From contig OZ024743.1 in the NCBI GenBank assembly GCA_964016885.1, positions 132,990,001 to 133,054,000 on the forward strand: a DNA stretch of 64,000 nucleotides, in the 5' to 3' direction. Source of the stretch: Eledone cirrhosa. Taxonomy: Eukaryota. The notes beneath the pieces are model-generated. The model had not been told where the DNA came from. It saw nothing but the letters and a program-made list of their open reading frames with translations, and made no database searches. Shown here piece after piece: positions 49,701 to 61,530 of this stretch. The position numbers were made by a program, and so were the translations under genes. How positions within the stretch are numbered: the stretch's first letter is position 1; the number at the start of each line of letters is the position of its first letter.

Positions 49701-52700
49701 ACCAAGCACCAAGCTCCAAGGACCAAACACCAAGCACCAAACACCAAACACCAAGCACCAAGCCTGAAACACCAAGCACCAAGCGCTAAACACCAAACAC
49801 CAAGCACCAAGCACCAAATAACAAGCACCAAGCACCAAGCACCAAGCACCAAACACCAAACACCAAACACCAAACACCAAACAGCAAACAGCAAACTCCA
49901 AACACCAAACACCAAACAGCAAACACCAAACACCAAACAGCAAACACCAAACAGCAAACACCAAACACCAACCAGCAAACACCAAACACCAAACACCAAA
50001 CAGCAAACGCCAAACATCAAACGCCAAACACCAAACGTCAAACAGCAAACGCCAAACACCAAACGCCAAACAGTAAGCACCAAGCACCAAACACCAAACA
50101 CCAAGCACCAAGCACCAAACACCAAACACCAAGCACCAAGCACTAAACACCAAACACCAAGCACCAAGCACCAAGCCCCAAACACCAAGCACCAAACACC
50201 AAGCACCAAACACCAAGCACCAAACACCAAGCACCAAACACCAAGAACAAGCACCAAGCACCAAACACCAAGCACCAAGCACCAAACACCAACCAGCAAA
50301 CACCAAACACCAAACACCAAACAGCAAACACCAAACACCAAACACCAAATAGCAAACGCCAAAAAGCAAACGCCAAACCCCAAACGCCAAACAGCAAACG
50401 CCAAGCACCAAACACCAAACACCAAGCGCCAATCACCAAACACCAAACACCAAGCACCAAGCACCAAACACCAAACACCAAGCACCAAGCACCAAAGAGC
50501 AAACACCAAGCCCCAAGCACCAAACACCCAACACCAAACACCAAACATCAAACACCAATCACGAATCACCAAACAGCAAACAGCAAACACCAAACACCAA
50601 ACACCAAACACCAAGCACCAAGCACCAAACACCAAACACCAAGCACCAAGCACCAAACACCAAATACCAAGCACCAAGCACCAAGCACCAAGCACCAAAC
50701 ACCAAGCACCAAGCACCAAGCACCAAACACCAAGCACCAAACACCAAGCACCAGACACGAAGCACCAAGCACCAAATACCAAGCACCAAAAACCAAGCAC
50801 CAAGCTCCAAGGACCAAACACCAAGCACCAAACACCAAACACCAAGCACCAAGCATGAAACACCAAGCACCAAGCGCCAAACACCAAAAACCAAGCACCA
50901 AGCACCAAATACCAAGCACCAAGCACCAAGCACCAAGCACCAAACACCAAACACCAAACACCAAACAGCAAACAGCAAACTCCAAACACCAAACACCAAA
51001 CAGCAAACACCAAACACCAAACAGCAAACACCAAACAGCAAACAGCAAACACCAAACACCAACCAGCAAACACCAAGCACCAAACACCAAGCACCAAGCA
51101 ACAAGCACCAATCACCAAGCACCAAGCACTAAACAACAAACCCCAAGCACCAAGCACCATGGACCAAACAACAAGCATCAAGCACCAAGCACCAAACGCC
51201 AAGCACCAAGCACCAAACACCAAGCACCAAGCACCATGCACCAAACACCAAGCACCAAAGACCAAGCACCAAATACCAAGCACCAAGCACCAAACACCAA
51301 TCACCAAGCACCAAGCACCAAACACCAAGAACCCAGCACCAATCACTAAACACCAAACACCAAGCACCAAGCACCAAATCCCAAGCACCAAACACCAAGC
51401 ACCAAGCACCAAACACCAAACACCAAGCACCAAGCACCATGCACCAATCACCAAACACCAAGCACCAAGCACCAAACACCAAACACCAAGCACCAAGCAC
51501 CAAACACCAAACACCAAGCACCTAGCACCAAGCACCAAGCACCAAGCACCAAACACCAAGCACCAAGCACCAAGCCCCAAACACCAAGCACCAAACACCA
51601 AGCACCAGACACGAAGCACCAAGCACCAAATACCAAGCACCAAAAACCAAGCACCAAGCTCCAAGGACCAAACACCAAGCACCAAACACCAAACACCAAG
51701 CACCAAGCATGAAACACCAAGCACCAAGCGCCAAACACCAAACACCAAGCACCAAGCACCAAATACCAAGCACCAAGCACCAAGCACCAAGCACCAAACA
51801 CCAAACACCAAACACCAAACACCAAACAGCAAACAGCAAACTCCAAACACCAAACACCAAACAGCAAACACCAAACACCAAACAGCAAACACCAAACAGC
51901 AAACACCACACACCAAACACCAACCAGCAAACACCAAACACCAAACACCAAACAGCAAACGCCAAACATCAAACGCCAGACACCAAACGCCAAACAGCAA
52001 ACGCCAAACACCAAACGCCAAACAGCAAGCACCAAGCACCAAACACCAAACACCAAGCACCAAGCACCAAACACCAAACACCAAGCACCAACACCAAACA
52101 CCAAACACCCAGCACCAAGCACCAAGCACCAAACACCAAGCACCAAACACCAAGCACCAGACACGAAGCACCAAGCACCAAATACCAAGCACCAAAAACC
52201 AAGCACCAAGCTCCAAGGACCAAACACCAAGCACCAAACACCAAACACCAAGCACCAAGCATGAAACACCAAGCACCAAGCGCCAAACACCAAACACCAA
52301 GCACCAAGCACCAAATACCAAGCACCAAGCACCAAGCACCAAACACCAAACACCAAACACCAAACAGCAAACAGCAAACTCCAAACACCAAACACCAAAC
52401 AGCAAACACCAAACACCAAACAGCAAACACCAAACAGCAAACAGCAAACACCAAACACCAACCAGCAAACACCAAGCACCAAACACCAAGCACCAAGCAA
52501 CAAGCACCAATCACCAAGCACCAAGCACTAAGCACAAAACACCAAGCACCAAGCACCATGGACCAAACACCAAGCATCAAGCACCAAGCACCAAATGCCA
52601 AGCACCAAGCACCAAACACCAAGCACCAAGCACCATGCACCAAACACCAAGCACCAAAGACCAAGCACCAAATACCAAGCACCAAGCACCAAACACCAAT

Positions 52701-55700
52701 CACCAAGCACCAAGCACCAAACACCAAGAACCCAGCACCAATCACTAAACACCAAACACCAAGCACCAAGCACCAAGTACCAAACTCCAAACACCAAACA
52801 CCAAGCACCAAGCACCAAATCGCAAGCACCAAACACCAAGCACCAAGCACCAAACACCAAACACCAAGCACCAAGCACCATGCACCAATCACCAAACACC
52901 AAGCACCAAGCACCAAACACCATACACTAAGCACCAAGCACCAAACACCAAACACCAAGCACCTAGCACCAAGCACCAAGCACCAAGCACCAAACACCAA
53001 GCACCAAGCACCAAGCCCCAAACACCAAGCACCAAACACCAAGCACCAGACACGAAGCACCAAGCACCAAATACCAAGCACCAAAAACCAAGCACCAAGC
53101 TCCAAGGACCAAACACCAAGCACCAAACACCAAACACCAAGCACCAAGCATGAAACACCAAGCACCAAGCGCCAAACACCAAACACCAAGCACCAAGCAC
53201 CAAATACCAAGCACCAAGCACCAAGCACCAAGCACCAAACACCAAACACCAAACACCAAACACAAAACAGCAAACAGCAAACTCCAAACACCAAACACCA
53301 AACAGCAAACACCAAACACCAAACAGCAAACACCAAACAGCAAACACCAAACACCAACCAGCAAACACCAAACACCAAACACCAAACACCAAACAGCAAA
53401 CGCCAAACAGCAAACGCCAAACACCAAACGCCAAACAGTAAGCACCAAGCACCAAACACCAAACACCAAGCACCAAGCACCAAACACCAAACACCAAGCA
53501 CCAAGCACCAAACACCAAACACCAAGCACCAAGCACTAAACACCAAACACCAAGCACCAAGCACCAAGCCCCAAACACCAAGCACCAAGCACCAAGCACC
53601 AAACACCAAGCACCAAGCACCAAACACGAACCAGCAAACACCAAACATCAAACACCAAACAGCAAACACAAAACACCAAACACCAAATAGCAAACGCCAA
53701 AAAGCAAACGCCAAACCCCAAACGCCAAACAGCAAACGCCAAGCACCAAACACCAAACACCAAGCGCCAAGCACCAAACACCAAACACCAAGCACCAAGC
53801 ACCAAACACCAAACACCAAGCACCTAGCACCAAAGAGCAAACACCAAGCCCCAAGCACCAAACACCCAACACCAAACACCAAACATCAAACACCAATCAC
53901 GAATCACCAAACAGCAAACAGCAAACACCAAACACCAAACACCAAACACCAAGCACCAAGCACCAAACACCAAACACCAAGCACCAAGCACCAAACACCA
54001 AATACCAAGCACCAAGCACCAAGCACCAAGCACCAAACACCAAGCACCAAGCACCAAGCACCAAACACCAAGCACCAAACACCAAGCACCAGACACGAAG
54101 CACCAAGCACCAAATACCAAGCACCAAAAACCAAGCACCAAGCTCCAAGGACCAAACACCAAGCACCAAACACCAAACACCAAGCACCAAGCATGAAACA
54201 CCAAGCACCAAGCGCCAAACACCAAACACCAAGCACCAAGCACCAAATACCAAGCACCAAGCACCAAGCACCAAGCACCAAACACCAAACACCAAACACC
54301 AAACAGCAAACAGCAAACTCCAAACACCAAACACCAAACAGCAAACACCAAACACCAAACAGCAAACACAAAACAGCAAACAGCAAACACCAAACACCAA
54401 CCAGCAAACACCAAGCACCAAACACCAAGCACCAAGCAACAAGCACCAATCACCAAGCTCCAAGCACTAAACACCAAACACCAAGCACCAAGCACCATGG
54501 ACCAAACACCAAGCATCAAGCACCAAGCACCAAACGCCAAGCACCAAGCACCAAACACCAAGCACCAAGCACCATGCACCAAACACCAAGCACCAAAGAC
54601 CAAGCACCAAATACCAAGCACCAAGCACCAAACACCAATCACCAAGCACCAAGCACCAAACACCAAGAACCCAGCACCAATCACTAAACACCAAACACCA
54701 AGCACCAAGCACCAAGTACCAAACTCCAAACACCAAACACCAAGCACCAAGCACCAAATCGCAAGCACCAAACACCAAGCACCAAGCACCAAACACCAAA
54801 CACCAAGCACCAAGCACCATGCACCAATCACCAAACACCAAGCACCAAGCACCAAAGACCAAACACTAAGCACCAAGCACCAAACACCAAACACCAAGCA
54901 CCTAGCACCAAGCACCAAGCACCAAGCACCAAACACCAAGCACCAAGCACCAAGCCCCAAACACCAAGCACCAAACACCAAGCACCAGACACGAAGCACC
55001 AAGCACCAAATACCAAGCACCAAAAACCAAGCACCAAGCTCCAAGGACCAAACACCAAGCACCAAACACCAAACACCAAGCACCAAGCCTGAAACACCAA
55101 GCACCAAGCGCCAAACACCAAACACCAAGCACCAAGCACCAAATAACAAGCACCAAGCACCAAGCACCAAGCACCAAACACCAAACACCAAACACCAAAC
55201 ACCAAACAGCAAACAGCAAACTCCAAACACCAAACACCAAACAGCAAACACCAAACACCAAACAGCAAACACCAAACAGCAAACACCAAACACCAACCAG
55301 TAAACACCAAACACCAAACACCAAACAGCAAACGCCAAACATCAAACGCCAAACACCAAACGTCAAACAGCAAACGCCAAACACCAAACGCCAAACAGTA
55401 AGCACCAAGCACCAAACACCAAACACCAAGCACCAAGCACCAAACACCAAACACCAAGCACCAAGCACTAAACACCAAACACCAAGCACCAAGCACCAAG
55501 CCCCAAACACCAAGCACCAAACACCAAGCACCAAACACCAAGCACCAAACACCAAGCACCAAACACCAAGAACAAGCACCAAGCACCAAACACCAAGCAC
55601 CAAGCACCAAACACCAACCAGCAAACACCAAACACCAAACACCAAACAGCAAACACCAAACACCAAACACCAAATAGCAAACGCCAAAAAGCAAACGCCA

Positions 55701-57484
55701 AACCCCAAACGCCAAACAGCAAACGCCAAGCACCAAACACCAAACACCAAGCGCCAATCACCAAACACCAAACACCAAGCACCAAGCACCAAACACCAAA
55801 CACCAAGCACCAAGCACCAAAGAGCAAACACCAAGCCCCAAGCACCAAACACCCAACACCAAACACCAAACATCAAACACCAATCACGAATCACCAAACA
55901 GCAAACAGCAAACACCAAACACCAAACACCAAACACCAAGCACCAAGCACCAAACACCAAACACCAAGCACCAAGCACCAAACACCAAATACCAAGCACC
56001 AAGCACCAAGCACCAAGCACCAAACACCAAGCACCAAGCACCAAGCACCAAACACCAAGCACCAAACACCAAGCACCAGACACGAAGCACCAAGCACCAA
56101 ATACCAAGCACCAAAAACCAAGCACCAAGCTCCAAGGACCAAACACCAAGCACCAAACACCAAACACCAAGCACCAAGCATGAAACACCAAGCACCAAGC
56201 GCCAAACACCAAAAACCAAGCACCAAGCACCAAATACCAAGCACCAAGCACCAAGCACCAAGCACCAAACACCAAACACCAAACACCAAACAGCAAACAG
56301 CAAACTCCAAACACCAAACACCAAACAGCAAACACCAAACACCAAACAGCAAACACCAAACAGCAAACAGCAAACACCAAACACCAACCAGCAAACACCA
56401 AGCACCAAACACCAAGCACCAAGCAACAAGCACCAATCACCAAGCACCAAGCACTAAACAACAAACCCCAAGCACCAAGCACCATGGACCAAACAACAAG
56501 CATCAAGCACCAAGCACCAAACGCCAAGCACCAAGCACCAAACACCAAGCACCAAGCACCATGCACCAAACACCAAGCACCAAAGACCAAGCACCAAATA
56601 CCAAGCACCAAGCTCCAAACACCAATCACCAAGCACCAAGCACCAAACACCAAGAACCCAGCACCAATCACTAAACACCAAACACCAAGCACCAAGCACC
56701 AAATCCCAAGCACCAAACACCAAGCACCAAGCACCAAACACCAAACACCAAGCACCAAGCACCATGCACCAATCACCAAACACCAAGCACCAAGCACCAA
56801 ACACCAAACACCAAGCACCAAGCACCAAACACCAAACACCAAGCACCTAGCACCAAGCACCAAGCACCAAGCACCAAACACCAAGCACCAAGCACCAAGC
56901 CCCAAACACCAAGCACCAAACACCAAGCACCAGACACGAAGCACCAAGCACCAAATACCAAGCACCAAAAACCAAGCACCAAGCTCCAAGGACCAAACAC
57001 CAAGCACCAAACACCAAACACCAAGCACCAAGCATGAAACACCAAGCACCAAGCGCCAAACACCAAACACCAAGCACCAAGCACCAAATACCAAGCACCA
57101 AGCACCAAGCACCAAGCACCAAACACCAAACACCAAACACCAAACACCAAACAGCAAACAGCAAACTCCAAACACCAAACACCAAACAGCAAACACCAAA
57201 CACCAAACAGCAAACACCAAACAGCAAACACCACACACCAAACACCAACCAGCAAACACCAAACACCAAACACCAAACAGCAAACGCCAAACATCAAACG
57301 CCAGACACCAAACGCCAAACAGCAAACGCCAAACACCAAACGCCAAACAGCAAGCACCAAGCACCAAACACCAAACACCAAGCACCAAGCACCAAACACC
57401 AAACACCAAGCACCAACACCAAACACCAAACACCCAGCACCAAGCACCAAGCACCAAACACCAAGCACCAAACACCAAGCACCA
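46773..57484 (-). repeat. Tandem duplication, period 5338/5339 then 5325 bp, built from ~2 kb and ~0.9-1.1 kb subunits
   Basis: ORF pairs 47189..47584 / 52528..52923 (5339), 49503..50432 / 54828..55757 (5325) and 51522..51965 / 56847..57290. The CCATGGACC marker has its ATG at 47219, 49172, 51159, 52558, 54497 and 56484. A 14-bp duplication of the GCATGAAACACCAA segment at ~48852-48879 explains the offset change. Confidence 0.93.
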
Positions 57485-59989
57485 AACACCAAGCACCAAG
57501 CACCAAACACCAAGCACCAAACACCAAGCACCAAGCACCAAGCACCAAGCACCAAACACCAAACACCAAACACCAAACACCAAACAGCAAACAGCAAACT
57601 CCAAACACCAAACACCAAACAGCAAACACCAAACACCAAACAGCAAACACCAAACAGCAAACACCACACACCAAACACCAACCAGCAAACACCAAACACC
57701 AAACACCAAACAGCAAACACCAAACACCAAACACCAAATAGCAAACGCCAAAAAGCAAACGCCAAGCCCCAAACGCCAAACAGCAAACGCCAAGCACCAA
57801 ACACCAAACACCAAGCGCCAAGCACCAAACACCAAACACCAAGCACCAAGCACCAAACACCGAACACCAAGCACCAAGCACCAAAGAGCAAACACCAAGC
57901 CCCAAGCACCAAACACCCAACACCAAACACCAAACATCAAACACCAATCACGAATCACCAAACAGCAAACAGCAAACACCAAACACCAAACACCAAACAC
58001 CAAGCACCAAGCACCAAACACCAAACACCAAGCACCAAGCACCAAACACCAAACACCAAGCACCAAGCACTAAACACCAAACACCAAGCAGCAAGCACCA
58101 AGCACCAAACACCAAGCACCAAGCACCAGGCACCAAACACCAAGCACCAAGCACCAGACACCAAAAACCAAGCACCAAACAACAAGCACCAAACACCAAG
58201 CACCAAGCACCAAGCACCAGATACCAAGCACCAAGCACCAAGCACCAAACACCAAACACCAAGCACCAAGTACCACGCACCAAACACCAAACACCAAGCA
58301 CCAAACACCAAGCACCAAACACCAAGCACCAAGCACCAAAACACCAAAAACCAAGCACCAAGCACTAAACACCAAGCACCAAGCACCAAGCATCAAGCAC
58401 CAAGCACCAAGCACCAAGCACCAAACACCAAGCACCAAGCAGCAGGCACCAAGCACCAAACACCAAGCATCAAGAACCAAACAGCAAACATCAAGCACCA
58501 AACACCAAACACCAAGTACCAAGCACCAAACACCAAACACCAAGGACCAAACAGCAAACACCAAACAGCAAACACCAAACACCAAACACCAACCAGCAAA
58601 CACCAAACACCAAACACCAAACCACAAACACCAAACAGCAAACACCAAACAGCAAAGACCAAACACCAAAGACCAAACAGCAAACGCCAAAAAGCAAACG
58701 CCAAACCCCAAACGCCAAACAGCAAATGCCAAACCCCAAATGCCAAACAGCAAACGCCAAGCACCAAACACCAAACACCTAGCACCAAGCACCAAACCCC
58801 AAACACCAAACACCAAGTACAAAACACCAACCACCAAGCACCAAACACCAAACAGCAAACGCCAAAAAGCAAATGCCAAACCCCATACGCCAAACAGGAA
58901 ATGCCAAACCCCAAACGCCACACAGCAAACGCCAAGCACCAAACACCAAACACCAAGTGCCAAGCACCAAACACCAAACACCAAGCACCAAGCACCAAAC
59001 ACCAAACACCAAGCAGCAATCACCAAACACCAAGCACCAAGCGCCAAACACCAAACACCAAACTCCTAGCACCAAGCACCAAGCACCAAACACCAAGCAC
59101 CAAACACCAAGCACCAAGCACAAAGCACCAAGCACCAAACACCAATCACCAAGCCCCAAGCACCAAACACCAAACACCAAGCACCAAGCACCAAGCACCA
59201 AGCACCAGACACCAAACACCAAGCACGAAGCACCAAACACCAAAAACCAATCACCAAGCCCCAAGTACCAAACACCAAGCACCAAACACCAAACAGCAAA
59301 CACTAAACAACAAACTCCAAACAGCAAACACCAAACACCAAATATCAAACACCAAACAGCAAACACCAAACAGCAAACAGCAAACACCAAACACCAACCA
59401 GCAAACACCAAACAGCAAACACCAAACAGCAAACGCCAAACAGCAAACACAAACACCAAACACCAAACACCAAGCACCAAGCACCAAGCACAAAACACCA
59501 AGCACCAAGCGCCAAACACCAAACACCAAGCACCAAGCACCAAGCACCAAGCACCAAACACCAAACACCAAACACCAAACACCAAACAACAAACACCAAA
59601 CACCAAACACCAAACACCAAACAGCAAACACAAAACACCAAACACCAAACAGCAAACACCAAACAGCAAACACCAAACAGCAAACACCAAACAGCAAACA
59701 CCAAACAGCAAACAGCAAACAGCAAACAGCAAACACCAAACACCAAGCACCAAACACCAAGCACCAAGCAACAAGCGCCAATCAGCAAGCACCAAGCACT
59801 AAACACCAAACACCAAGCACCAAGCACCATGCACCAAACACCAAGCATGAAGCACCAAGCACCAAACGCCAAGCACCAAGCACCAAACACCAAGCACCAA
59901 GCACCAAGCACCAGACACCAAGCACCAAAGACCAAGCACCAAATACCAAGCACCAAGCCCTAAACACCAATCACCAAGCCCCAAGCACC

Positions 59990-61530
59990 AAACACCAAGA
60001 ACCAAGCACCAAAACACCAAAAACCAAGCACCAAGCACTAAACACCAAGCACCAAGCACCAAGCATCAAGCACCAAGCACCAAGCACCAAGCACCAAACA
60101 CGAAGCACCAAGCACCAGGCACCAAACAGCAAACACCAAGCACCAAACACCAAGCACCAAGCACCAAACACCAAATACCAAACACCAAGCACCAAACAGC
60201 AAACACCAAACAGCAAACACCAAACACCAAACACCAACCAGCAAACACCAAACACCAAACACCAAACCACAAACACCAAACAGCAAACACTAAACAGCAA
60301 ACACCAAACACCAATCACCAAGCCCCAAGCACCAAACACCAAGCACCAAGCACCAAGCACCCAGAACCAAGCACCAAGCACCAAAGACCAAACACCAAGC
60401 ACCAAGCACCAAACACCAAACACCTAGCACCAAGCACCAAGCACCAAGCACCAAACACCATGCACCAAGCACGAAGCACCAAACACCAAGAACCAAGCAC
60501 CAAAACACCAAAAACCAAGAACCAAGCACCAAAACACCAAACACCAAGCACCAAGCACCAAACACCAAACACCAAGCACCAAACAGCAAGCATCAAGCAC
60601 CAAGCACCAAGCACCAAGCACCAAACACCAATCATCAAGCACCAAACAGCAAACACCAAGCACCAAACACCAAACACCAAGCACCAAGCACCAAACACCA
60701 AACACCAAGCACCAAGCACCAAACACCAAACACCAAGCACCAAACAGCAAACACCAAACAGCAAACACCAAACACCAAACACCAACCAGCAAACACCAAA
60801 CACCAAACACCAAACCACAAACACCAAACAGCAAACACCAAACAGCAAACACCAAACACCAATCACCAAGCCCCAAGCACCAAACACCAAGCACCAAGCA
60901 CCAAGCACCCAGAACCAAGCACCAAGCACCAAAGACCAAACACCAAGCACCAAGCACCAAACACCAAACACCAAGCACCAAGCACCAAGCACCAAACACC
61001 ATGCACCAAGCACGAAGCACCAAACACCAAGAACCAAGCACCAAAACACCAAAAACCAAGAACCAAGCACCAAAACACCAAAAACCAAGCACCAAGCACT
61101 AAACACCAAGCACCAAGCACCAAGCATCAAGCACCAAGCACCAAGCACCAAACACCAATCATCAAGCACCAAACAGCAAACACCAAGCACCAAACACCAA
61201 ACACCAAGCACCAAGCACCAAACACCAAACACCAAACACCAAACAGCAAACACCAAACAGCAAACACCAAACACCAAACACCAACCAGCAAACACCAAAC
61301 ACCAAACCACAAACACCAAACAGCAAACACCAAACAGCAAACACCAAACACCAATCACCAAGCCCCAAGCACCAAACACCAAGCACCAAGCACCAAGCAC
61401 CCAGAACCAAGCACCAAGCACCAAAGACCAAACACCAAGCACCAAGCACCAAACACCAAACACCAAGCACCAAGCACCAAGCACCAAGCACCAAACACCA
61501 TGCACCAAGCACGAAGCACCAAACACCAAA
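59990..61530 (-). repeat. Three-copy ~0.5 kb higher-order repeat in the distal right arm
   Basis: Marker CCCAGAACC at 60360, 60908 and 61400 (spacing 548 and 492), each with the same flanking variants (AAACCACAAA, AATCACCAAGCCCC, AAAGACC). It recurs at 63905. Confidence 0.85.
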
